NCBI GenBank assembly: GCA_963846815.1
Contig: CAWJXG010000002.1
Coordinates: 457,799-521,798 of the forward strand
Direction: 5' to 3'
Length of the DNA stretch: 64,000 nucleotides
Source of the DNA: an uncultured Acidobacteriaceae bacterium
GTDB lineage: Bacteria; Acidobacteriota; Terriglobia; Terriglobales; Acidobacteriaceae
The notes beneath the pieces were generated by a model. That model did not search any database. It worked only from the letters and a program-made list of their open reading frames with translations, and was not told the origin of the DNA. Below are positions 36,105-44,196 of the stretch, one piece after another (the stretch's first letter is position 1; the number at the start of each line of letters is the position of its first letter). The position numbers and the translations under genes are program-made.

Positions 36105-37214
36105 GTGCTGGTTTCCGAGTTTGACTACCACCTTCCGGAAGATCTGATCGCCAAGCAGCCGCTGCCCGATCGCGCAGACGCGCGAATGCTCCATATGCGC
36201 CGCGATAGCGGCGGACTGGACGATCGCAGCTTTCGCGACTTCCCCGAGCTTCTGCGCCCCGGCGACGTGCTGGTGCTGAACAATAGCCGTGTTCTGCCGG
36301 CGCGCCTTTTTGGGCATCGCAGCGGCTCGCGGGCGCAGCAGCTGTCGGCGGAGAACCCTGCTTCCCACCATTTCCTGCGCGGCAAAGTGGAAGTCTTGCT
36401 GACGAAGCAAGTTTCGGCATCGCCGCAGGAGTGGGAGGCGCTGGTTCACCCCGGCCGCAAGCTGGGCGTAGGAGAGCGGCTGTACTTCGGCAACGAAGCC
36501 AGCGAACAATCGCATGACCTAGCAGCGGAGATTGTCGATCGAGGCACCTTCGGCGAACGGCGCCTGCGCTTCGATCCCGTCGACGACTTCTTCGCCGTGC
36601 TCAATCGCATCGGGCACATCCCGCTGCCGCCCTATATCGACCGGCCCGACACGCCGCTCGATCGCGAGCAGTACCAGACGGTGTATGCCAGCCCGCCGGG
36701 CTCGGTTGCAGCCCCTACGGCAGGACTGCACTTCACCCCCGAAATTCTGGATCGCATTCGCCGGCGGGGAGTTGAAACGGCCGAAGTCACTTTGCACGTC
36801 GGACTGGGAACCTTTCAGCCGGTGCGCGAGGAAGTGGTGGAGGCGAACAAGCTGCACCGCGAATGGTACGAGATCTCTGCCGAGGCGGCAGAGCGAATTC
36901 AGCGCGCCCGCGAGGCCGGCCGGAGGATCGTCGCCGTGGGCACAACCAGCGTGCGTACGCTGGAGTATGCCGCCCGAAACAGCGACGATGGCCGTATTGT
37001 TCCGCAGAGCGGCGAGGCCGACATCTTCATTTATCCCGGATTCGAGTTTCGCGTGATCGGCGCGATGCTGACGAATTTCCATCTGCCGAAGTCGACCCTC
37101 ATCATGCTGTTGGCGGCCTTTGCCGGGCGCGAGCCAACGCTCGCTGCCTATGAGCACGCGGTGCGCGAACGTTACCGGTTCTATTCCTACGGCGACTGCA
37201 TGTTTGTGGAGTAG
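36105..37214 (+). CDS. queA: S-adenosylmethionine:tRNA ribosyltransferase-isomerase
   Basis: [29 protein letters not shown]..., [18 protein letters not shown] and [10 protein letters not shown] form the canonical QueA signature. Confidence 0.92.
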   Translation: MLVSEFDYHLPEDLIAKQPLPDRADARMLHMRRDSGGLDDRSFRDFPELLRPGDVLVLNNSRVLPARLFGHRSGSRAQQLSAENPASHHFLRGKVEVLLTKQVSASPQEWEALVHPGRKLGVGERLYFGNEASEQSHDLAAEIVDRGTFGERRLRFDPVDDFFAVLNRIGHIPLPPYIDRPDTPLDREQYQTVYASPPGSVAAPTAGLHFTPEILDRIRRRGVETAEVTLHVGLGTFQPVREEVVEANKLHREWYEISAEAAERIQRAREAGRRIVAVGTTSVRTLEYAARNSDDGRIVPQSGEADIFIYPGFEFRVIGAMLTNFHLPKSTLIMLLAAFAGREPTLAAYEHAVRERYRFYSYGDCMFVE

Positions 37215-37264
37215 AACGTGATTGGCCACTGGCGACGGTTCTGTGTTGTAATAGAAAGACCGCT

Positions 37265-37459
37265 ATGCCCAAGTTGAAGACACATAAGGGAGCGGCCAAG
37301 CGTTTTAAGAAGACAGGCACTGGCAAGATCAAGCGCGGACACGCGTTTAAGCGCCACATCCTGACTTCCAAGGGTACGAAGCGCAAACGCCAGCTCGATA
37401 CCGATACGATGGTCGACAAGGCGGATCAGCATAAAGTAGCGCGCATGATCCCCTACTAG
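37265..37459 (+). CDS. rpmI: 50S ribosomal protein L35
   Basis: [36 protein letters not shown]. Confidence 0.95.
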   Translation: MPKLKTHKGAAKRFKKTGTGKIKRGHAFKRHILTSKGTKRKRQLDTDTMVDKADQHKVARMIPY

Positions 37460-37636
37460 ACTGTAAACCGCCGCATGGTGCGGCAACCGGCGTCTATCCC
37501 AAATTTCAGGTGAAACGGGAAAACGACGGATAGCAGCGTGTGAAGAGGCATTTCAGGCCCCCCGAAATCCCAGGCGTGGGCCGGCTTCCAGAGCTTCTTG
37601 CCTCCAGCCGCTTAACGAACTTGAAAAGGAGCAGCA

Positions 37637-38008
37637 ATGCCTCGCGTAAAACGTGGTACCAAACGCCGCGCGCGCCGCAAAAAGATCTTAGAGCGCGCAA
37701 GTGGCTATTATTTAACAAAATCAAAACTGTATAGGTCGGCGAAAGAGTCGGTCGAGCGCGGACTGAAGTTTGCCTACAGCGGCCGCAAGCAGAAGAAGCG
37801 CCAGTTCCGTTCCATCTGGATCGTGCGCATCGGCGCCGCCGCCAAGCTCAACGGCATCAGCTACAGCCAGTTCATCAACGGCCTGAAGAAGGCCGGCATC
37901 GAACTCGACCGCAAGATCCTGGCTGACCTGGCCGTCAAGGATCCGGCAGGGTTTACTTCGCTGTGTGAGCAGGCGAAGGCCGCTCATGCAGCCGCTGCCG
38001 CAGCTTAG
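37637..38008 (+). CDS. rplT: 50S ribosomal protein L20
   Basis: [37 protein letters not shown]..., preceded by AAAAGGAG. Confidence 0.95.
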   Translation: MPRVKRGTKRRARRKKILERASGYYLTKSKLYRSAKESVERGLKFAYSGRKQKKRQFRSIWIVRIGAAAKLNGISYSQFINGLKKAGIELDRKILADLAVKDPAGFTSLCEQAKAAHAAAAAA

Positions 38009-38045
38009 CGCCGTCTATCCCGGAACAATCTGTATCTCACCCGAT

Positions 38046-38076
38046 GGGCGGCCGTTACGGTCGCCCGTTGTTGTTT
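38046..38076 (+). terminator. intrinsic terminator after rplT
   Basis: GGGCGGCC-GTTAC-GGTCGCCC (8-bp stem with one G-T pair) followed by GTTGTTGTTT. Confidence 0.5.
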
Positions 38077-38142
38077 AAGCGCGCTCAGGGGACACTCCTT
38101 GACGCGTGAATTATTCGGTCAGCTTGAAGAATTGAGGACCGC

Positions 38143-38622
38143 ATGGCCAGCAAGGCGATTACAGCAACTGTCGTACCAGCCGCTCTGCATCGCAGCGAGA
38201 GCGAACTGCCCTTCGTCACCTACCAGGAAGGCGTGACTTTTCAGTTGTTGCACGCCGACATTGAGGCGGGCTTGTGGGTCATACGAGTGCGCTTTCAACC
38301 GGGCGTCACGATTCAACGCCACAAGCATACCGGCGAAGTTTTCGCTTTTACGCTTAAGGGTTCCTGGAACTACTTGGAATATCCCGAAGTGAACACCGCT
38401 GGATCGTACTTGTTCGAGCCGGCAGGATCGGTTCACACGCTGCACGTGCCTGAGTCGAACTCTGAGGTTACAGATGCCTGGTTCGCCATTCGTGGAGCGA
38501 ATCTGAATCTTGACGAACAAGGCAACGTTGAGAGCGTTGTGGATGCTGCGGCCGCGCTGGAAATCTATTTGGCAGGCTGCCAGGCCGAAGGACACGCGCT
38601 GCCTAACGTCATTGGCCGGTAG
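38143..38622 (+). CDS. cupin-fold protein, 2,4'-dihydroxyacetophenone dioxygenase-like family
   Basis: 159 aa. WVIRVRFQPGVTIQRHKHTGEVFAFTLKGSWNYLEY...YLFEPAGSVHTLHVP has the cupin His ligands arranged as in the DAD family. Confidence 0.7.
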   Translation: MASKAITATVVPAALHRSESELPFVTYQEGVTFQLLHADIEAGLWVIRVRFQPGVTIQRHKHTGEVFAFTLKGSWNYLEYPEVNTAGSYLFEPAGSVHTLHVPESNSEVTDAWFAIRGANLNLDEQGNVESVVDAAAALEIYLAGCQAEGHALPNVIGR

Positions 38623-38639
38623 GACTGATTCATAGAATT

Positions 38640-39743
38640 ATGTACACCGTTCCCAAACTCGACGACTGCTCGCCCGCGGCGCTGGATCGCGCGGTGGCTG
38701 AGCTGTTCGCCGCACTCGATGCCGAATCCGCCGCGCTGCATTCCGAATCCGATTGGAAGGAATTTCGCAATCGCTGGATGGCGCGCAAGAACGGCGTCCT
38801 GACACAGGTCAACGACACCTGGCTGAAGGCCGCTCCGAAGGAAGCCAAGCGCGATGTAGGCCAGCGCGTTAACGAACTCAAGGCGCGCGCTGAAGCTGCA
38901 ATCGAGGCCGCGCACGAAAAGATCCACGCCTCTTCTGCCGGCGCCAGACTCGGACGCGAACGTCTCGACATCACCCTTCCCGGTATCCGCCGCCCCATCG
39001 GCGTAAAACACCCGGTGCTGCGCGTGCAGGATGAGATCGTCGCCGTCTTCAAGGCGATGGGTTACTCCGTCGGCGAAGGGCCCGAGGTCGAGACCGACTA
39101 CTACAACTTCGAGTCGTTGAACTTTCCGCCGAACCATCCGGCGCGCGATACCCAGGACACGCTGTTCATCGCCGGGCAAGAGCGCAAGCCCGCGCGCGAC
39201 CGCCTGTTGCTACGAACCCACACCTCGCCGGTGCAGATTCGCAGCATGGAGAAGCTGGCGCCGCCGGTGCGCATCGTCATCCCCGGCAAGGTGCACCGCA
39301 ACGATCCGCTCGACGCCACACACTCGCCAGTCTTCCACCAGGTCGAGGGGCTCGCGGTCGATACCAACATCACCTTCTGCGACCTGAAGGGTACGCTCGA
39401 CCACGCCATGAAGGCGTTGTTCGGCTCGTCGGTGAAGACGCGCTTCTATCCGTCGTTCTTCCCCTTCACCGAGCCCAGCGCCGATATGCAAGTAAGTTGC
39501 ATCTTCTGCGGCGGCAAGGGCTGCCGCAAGTGCAAATTCAGCGGCTGGATCGAGCTGCTGGGCTGCGGCATGGTCGATCCCAACGTCTTCGAGTTTGTGA
39601 AGCACAACGGCTATGATCCGGCGAGGGTTTCGGGCTTCGCCTTCGGCATGGGCGTCGAGCGCATCGCCATTCTGAAGTACGAGGTCGAAGAGATCCAGTT
39701 GTTCTACGAGGGCGACGTGCGGTTTTTGGAGCAGTTCGCCTGA
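38640..39743 (+). CDS. pheS: phenylalanine--tRNA ligase alpha subunit
   Basis: 367 aa. HPVLRVQDEIVAVFKAMGY, NFPPNHPARDTQDT, LLRTHTSPVQIR and FFPFTEPSA are the class II motifs. Confidence 0.95.
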   Translation: MYTVPKLDDCSPAALDRAVAELFAALDAESAALHSESDWKEFRNRWMARKNGVLTQVNDTWLKAAPKEAKRDVGQRVNELKARAEAAIEAAHEKIHASSAGARLGRERLDITLPGIRRPIGVKHPVLRVQDEIVAVFKAMGYSVGEGPEVETDYYNFESLNFPPNHPARDTQDTLFIAGQERKPARDRLLLRTHTSPVQIRSMEKLAPPVRIVIPGKVHRNDPLDATHSPVFHQVEGLAVDTNITFCDLKGTLDHAMKALFGSSVKTRFYPSFFPFTEPSADMQVSCIFCGGKGCRKCKFSGWIELLGCGMVDPNVFEFVKHNGYDPARVSGFAFGMGVERIAILKYEVEEIQLFYEGDVRFLEQFA

Positions 39744-39992
39744 GAGCTTCCTTTTCGTGGCGACTGTGCTTTGAGGTTTGAGCGTTTCAGGGGTGTTCTC
39801 ACGACAGGTTTCCGGAAAACCTCTAAGTTGGGGGCATCAGGCCGTCGGGCGGCGAAACCAGCGCCGGAGGCGCGACAGATCTTAGCCCAGCGCTTCAGCG
39901 CTGGGTAGGCGTAGTTGTAGAACCCGAGTCCCTTTAGGGGCAATAATTGACTTGACTCGTCCATTGTAACAGAGGACGATAGAGCCAGTTAA

Positions 39993-40796
39993 TTGCCGGG
40001 AAAGAGAGAAATTCCCGTGCAACACCCCTATGAGGCGGAGAACTTTTGGGAAGCGGTCTTTACTGCGACTAGGTTTCTCTGGAAGGATTGGCCCGCAAAC
40101 ATGGAAGCCGTCGGATTAGACAATCAGAACAACTACAACCTGCGCGGAACCTGTCCATATGAAGACTGCCGAAGAGAAACGGTCTTTGTGAGAGTTGGCA
40201 ATAGCTTCTCCGAGGGACTCAGAACCAATTTAGTTCGCGTTGTTTCGATCATGCAGTGCCAGGCATGTTTCAAAATCATCCTCGGGATGGCGATACACTC
40301 GTCAATGTCTTTTGACTATCAATATGAAACTCATTATCCGCTAGGAACTCCCGACCAGAGTGTTCCAAACGAGGTTCCCGAAGCAATCGCACGAGATTTT
40401 AAAGAGGCTCTGCGCTGTCTATGGGTGGACGCCTATAACGCGACCGCCGAAATGTGCAGGAGGGCGATGGAGGCAACTTGTATTGATTTGGGAGCGCCAA
40501 AGAAGAAAGTATTGGAGGACATGATTGACTGGCTTGCCGATCAACGCAAGATAACCCCATTCCTTCAGCAGGTCGCACATAAGATTCGCCTCGGCGGAAA
40601 TCGAGCGGCACATCCCGAAGGAGAACAGGCGGTCAACGGCGCTGAGGGCGAGCCCATCGTAGTCATCGAAAAGGAACACGCGGAGGCCATGATTAAATTC
40701 GCAAAAGAATTTTTTCACCATGTCTACGTTGTTCCAAAGCAGCTTGACAAATATGACTTCTCGAAACCGAAACAAGCAAAGGCTACCCAATCATGA
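39993..40796 (+). CDS. zinc-ribbon + DUF4145 domain protein (IS cargo)
   Basis: CPYEDC...CQAC is a 4-Cys ribbon. Then VPEAIARDFKEALRCLWVDAYNATAEMCRRAMEATCIDLG...LEDMIDWLADQRKITPFLQQVAHKIRLGGNRAAHP, the DUF4145 pattern. Start is uncertain (TTG 39993, GTG 40017 or a later ATG). Confidence 0.75.
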   Translation: MPGKREIPVQHPYEAENFWEAVFTATRFLWKDWPANMEAVGLDNQNNYNLRGTCPYEDCRRETVFVRVGNSFSEGLRTNLVRVVSIMQCQACFKIILGMAIHSSMSFDYQYETHYPLGTPDQSVPNEVPEAIARDFKEALRCLWVDAYNATAEMCRRAMEATCIDLGAPKKKVLEDMIDWLADQRKITPFLQQVAHKIRLGGNRAAHPEGEQAVNGAEGEPIVVIEKEHAEAMIKFAKEFFHHVYVVPKQLDKYDFSKPKQAKATQS

Positions 40797-40963
40797 GCAG
40801 CGAGGAATTCCGACGTTTCGACACAACGGTTCGTAAGGTGCTTTCCGTCTCGCACGATGAACTGGTGAAGCGCGAGGCAGAATGGAAGAAGCAGCGGCAA
40901 CTCGCAAAGAAAAAGCGGGCTAAGACTTCGCCCGCTTCCCGCGCTTCAGGCGGTACGGATTAG
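40793..40963 (+). CDS. 56-aa basic micro-ORF translationally coupled to the DUF4145 gene
   Basis: ATGA start/stop overlap at 40793-40796. The product is MSSEEFRRFDTTVRKVLSVSHDELVKREAEWKKQRQLAKKKRAKTSPASRASGGTD. Its stop overlaps the convergent transposase stop by 4 nt. It is below the ORF-track length cut-off. Confidence 0.4.
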   Translation: MSSEEFRRFDTTVRKVLSVSHDELVKREAEWKKQRQLAKKKRAKTSPASRASGGTD

Positions 40964-41961
40964 AAAGCCTCGGCGGCTCCCACCTTGCCAGTCAGTTGAG
41001 CAAAGGTGAGGCGCTTACCGACGATCTTGCGTACCGCCATACTGAAGCGGTCGCCATCGGTAATCGGATTGTCGCGGGTTGCGCGATTGTTGAACCGGAA
41101 CATCTGCTCATCAACGTAACGCTGTAGGTGATAGGGTTCGACGGCAACATAGGTGCCCTTGAGAGTCCGCTTCAAGAGGCTCCAGAAGTTCTCGATTCCG
41201 TTGGTATGCACTTGGCCGTTGACATAGCTCTCGACATGATTCACGACTTCATGAACGAACTGTTCCTTCAGTCTGTTGTAGCCAATCCACTCGTCGGTAT
41301 AAACCTTCGAGTCGCGGCAGACCTCCCGCAGGATTTCGCTTTGCAAAGTTTCGCGCCGAACATTGGGGATGACCTTTGCGCGGACTTCACGCAGGTCACG
41401 GTCAAGCAGTCCCATCACGATGGTTTTGTTGGTGTGGTCGCCAGCAAGTGCGCGTCCTTTAGTTGCGGCCATTCTGGCCTTCTTACTCTTGTGCATGTTG
41501 GCAATGCGTCCACCAACAAAGGTTTCGTCTACTTCGACTGTTCCGCCACCTTCTCCCATCTGTCCGACGGATTCGTTCTGCATCGCCAGACGGATTCGAT
41601 GGAGCATGAACCATGCAGTCTTTTGTGTGATGCTCAGGTCGCGTGCGATCTCGTAGCTACTGACACCATTCTTGCAGTTTGTGACCAGCCACATCGCAGC
41701 AAGCCATTTGTCCAGCCCGATTGCGGAATCCTCCATCACTGTTCCAACCTTGATGGAAAATTCGCGCTTCGGATGATGGCTCCCACACTGCCATGTGCGA
41801 CGTTTCTCGCTGTACTTGACGCTTTCGGAACCGCAGGTGGGACATACAACCTTACCGTCCGGCCAACGGCGAATTGCGAGATAGTCGATGCAGTTATCGG
41901 GATTCGAGAAGTACTGGATTGCTTCTTGAAGGCTCTTGGGTTCTTTCATGACTCGCCTCAC
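40960..41961 (-). CDS. IS1595 family (ISXO2-like) DDE transposase
   Basis: N-terminal transposase zinc ribbon (WPDGKVVCPTCGSESV...WQCGS), HTH (ISSYEIARDLSITQKTAWFMLHRIR), and the DDE_Tnp_IS1595 core beginning VEVDETFVGG. Confidence 0.9.
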   Translation of the reverse strand: MRRVMKEPKSLQEAIQYFSNPDNCIDYLAIRRWPDGKVVCPTCGSESVKYSEKRRTWQCGSHHPKREFSIKVGTVMEDSAIGLDKWLAAMWLVTNCKNGVSSYEIARDLSITQKTAWFMLHRIRLAMQNESVGQMGEGGGTVEVDETFVGGRIANMHKSKKARMAATKGRALAGDHTNKTIVMGLLDRDLREVRAKVIPNVRRETLQSEILREVCRDSKVYTDEWIGYNRLKEQFVHEVVNHVESYVNGQVHTNGIENFWSLLKRTLKGTYVAVEPYHLQRYVDEQMFRFNNRATRDNPITDGDRFSMAVRKIVGKRLTFAQLTGKVGAAEAF

Positions 41962-42066
41962 CTACAAGAGCTATCCTACCCTGTCAGACTGGACGAGTCA
42001 AGTAAATTATTACCCCTTTAGGGACGACACATGATCTGGCGGGTTTCAACCCGCCGCGGAACGTGA

Positions 42067-44094
42067 ATGAGAATCCTTCCCGCATGGCTGCGTGAGTTCG
42101 TCAACGTCTCGGCCGACGACCGCCAACTCGCCGAAGATCTGACCTCGGCCGGCATCGCCGTCGAATCCGTCGCCGACGAGAATGGCGAAACCGTCTACGA
42201 GATGGACCTGACCACCAACCGCGTGGACGCCATGAATCACTACGGCGTAGCGCGCGAAGCCTCGGCCATCTACGGCATAGAGCTGAAACCTGTGCACCCG
42301 AATTTGCCAAAGGCAAACGGCGAAGCCAATTTCCCCATCGTCATCGAAGACGCCGAGGGCTGCGCGCGATACACGGCCCGCGTCATTCGCAACCTGAAGA
42401 TCCGCCCCTCGCCCGCCCACATTGCCAAACGCCTGGATCTGTTGGGCTCGCGTTCCATCAACAACGCTGCCGACGCAACCAACTACGCCATCAACGAGCT
42501 TGGCCACCCCACCCACGCCTTCGATCTCGACCTGCTGGAGGGCGGCACCATCATTGTGCGGCGGGCACGCGAAGGCGAAGTACTGAAGACCCTCGATGGC
42601 GTCGACCGCAAGCTCTCGACCGACGATCTGGTGATTGCTGACGCGAAGAAACCCGTCGCCCTCGCCGGCGTCATGGGCGGCTTCGACTCGATGATCACCG
42701 AGAAAACGAAAAAAGTTCTGATCGAGTCGGCCTGGTTCGATCCGGCGAGCATCCGGCGAACCGCCAAGCGGCACGGCATGCACACCGATGCGTCGCATCG
42801 CTTCGAGCGCGGAGCCGACTGGGGCATTACGCCGCTGGCTTGCGATCGCGTCGCTGAGCTGATTCTTGAATCTGCCGGAGGCGAACTTGTCGGCGGAATC
42901 ATCGATGCCGTTGCGCGCTCGCTCGAACGTCCGCCTATCGCGCTACATCGTTCGGAAGTGAAGCGCATCCTCGGCATCGAGCTCGGCGACGAGGAGATAA
43001 AAGGCATTCTCGGCAAGCTGGGCTTCGCCGTTGCCAGCGCGAACGGCGACTTCAGCGTGACGTTTCCAACCTGGCGGCTCGACGTGGAGCGCGAGATCGA
43101 TCTGCTGGAAGAGCTGGCGCGCATCTACGGCTACAACAAGTTCCCCAATACGCTGCCCTCGTTTGCCGGAGCAGTCGAGGCGCTGCCTGACGAGCAGAAG
43201 AACGCGAAGGTGCGCGAGACCATGCTTGCGCTGGGTTATGACGAGGCCATCTCCATCACCTTCATCTCCGAGCAGGATGCGCACACCTTCAGTACCGCCG
43301 AGCCGCTGCCGCTTGCCAATCCTTTGAGCGAAGAGGCGGGATATATGCGCAACTCGCTCGTGCCCGGCCTCCTCGACATGGTTGCGTACAACCTTAACCG
43401 TGGCAACAATGATGTGCGCCTGTTCGAGGCAGGCGAGATCTTCGAGAAGGCCGGCGACCGTCATCAGGAGCACCGGACTTTGGCCTTTGCTGCGACCGGC
43501 CATCTCGTGCCGGCCAATGTTCATCGCCCGGCTGAGACGTACTCGTTCTTTCACATGAAGGGTGACATCGAAGAGCTGCTCGCGGCCTTCCAGCATCAGG
43601 GCCTGTACTTCGACACCATGACGCCGCCATACTTTCATCCTGGACGCTCTGCCCGCGCCGTGCTCGACGGTGAAACGGTAGCCCGCTTCGGTCAACTTCA
43701 TCCCGAGATCGCCGCCGCGCGCAAGCTGCGCCAGGACGTCTTCGTCGCCGAAGTGCTGCTCGACCGCTTGTACAAACACGCCCTGCATGAGCCGAAGTAC
43801 GAGCGCATCTCGAAGTTCCCTGCTGTCGAGCGCGACTTCTCCTTCGTCTTCGCCGACTCCATTAGCTTCGAACGCATACACTCTGCGGTTCGAGGCCTCG
43901 GCATCGCCGAGATGCAACTCTTCACCCCGCGCGAGATCTATCGCGGAGAGAAAGTTGGAGCCGGGAAATATTCCGTCCTGCTCCACTCCGAGTTTCAGTC
44001 GAAAGAGCGTACGCTGCGCGACGATGAAGTAGCGCAATGGTCCGCGCAGATCGTCCAGACGCTGGAAACGCTGGGCGGAGTTCTTCGCGGATAG
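42067..44094 (+). CDS. pheT: phenylalanine--tRNA ligase beta subunit (short form, 675 aa)
   Basis: MRILPAWLREFV (B1), then directly the B3/4 region (DLTTNRVDAMNHYGVAREA), the B5 domain, the catalytic-like core and a C-terminal FDX-ACB domain (FPAVERDFSF). Confidence 0.93.
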   Translation: MRILPAWLREFVNVSADDRQLAEDLTSAGIAVESVADENGETVYEMDLTTNRVDAMNHYGVAREASAIYGIELKPVHPNLPKANGEANFPIVIEDAEGCARYTARVIRNLKIRPSPAHIAKRLDLLGSRSINNAADATNYAINELGHPTHAFDLDLLEGGTIIVRRAREGEVLKTLDGVDRKLSTDDLVIADAKKPVALAGVMGGFDSMITEKTKKVLIESAWFDPASIRRTAKRHGMHTDASHRFERGADWGITPLACDRVAELILESAGGELVGGIIDAVARSLERPPIALHRSEVKRILGIELGDEEIKGILGKLGFAVASANGDFSVTFPTWRLDVEREIDLLEELARIYGYNKFPNTLPSFAGAVEALPDEQKNAKVRETMLALGYDEAISITFISEQDAHTFSTAEPLPLANPLSEEAGYMRNSLVPGLLDMVAYNLNRGNNDVRLFEAGEIFEKAGDRHQEHRTLAFAATGHLVPANVHRPAETYSFFHMKGDIEELLAAFQHQGLYFDTMTPPYFHPGRSARAVLDGETVARFGQLHPEIAAARKLRQDVFVAEVLLDRLYKHALHEPKYERISKFPAVERDFSFVFADSISFERIHSAVRGLGIAEMQLFTPREIYRGEKVGAGKYSVLLHSEFQSKERTLRDDEVAQWSAQIVQTLETLGGVLRG

Positions 44095-44110
44095 CAGTAA
44101 GCAGCTTTTA

Positions 44111-44161
44111 CCACAGAGGCCACCGACAAGATTAATTCCAGTCTTTCTCCTGCCTCCGTGG
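44111..44161. repeat. inverted repeat CCACAGAGGC / GCCTCCGTGG (same family as 35907-36068) between convergent genes
   Basis: The 10-bp arms are complementary at 9 of 10 positions and are separated by 31 nt. The repeat lies between the pheT stop and the stop of the 511-aa gene. Confidence 0.55.
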
Positions 44162-44196
44162 CGATCTTTATCGGTTCTCTGCCCGCAAATTCGCAT

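Larger units (their letters stand above)
39928..42025. mobile_element. IS1595-family insertion sequence (~2.1 kb) with cargo genes
   Basis: Imperfect terminal inverted repeats: 39930-39963 CCCTTTAGGGGCAATAATTGACTTGACTCGTCCA matches the reverse complement of 41990-42023 at 30 of 34 positions. The element encloses an ISXO2-like DDE transposase plus two further ORFs. GC content is visibly lower than in the flanks. No target-site duplication was recognised. Confidence 0.75.

Noticed and set aside
35973-36515. 180-aa minus-strand ORF upstream of and overlapping queA.
   Set aside because: It overlaps the queA 5' region antisense and starts inside the palindromic repeat. The translation (…TEDTEEPELNHRDTEAEK…) is the typical artefact of reading through that repeat family.
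41128-42021. 297-aa plus-strand ORF inside the IS.
   Set aside because: It is fully antisense to the IS1595 transposase, which has clear zinc-ribbon, HTH and DDE signatures, and it has no motifs of its own.
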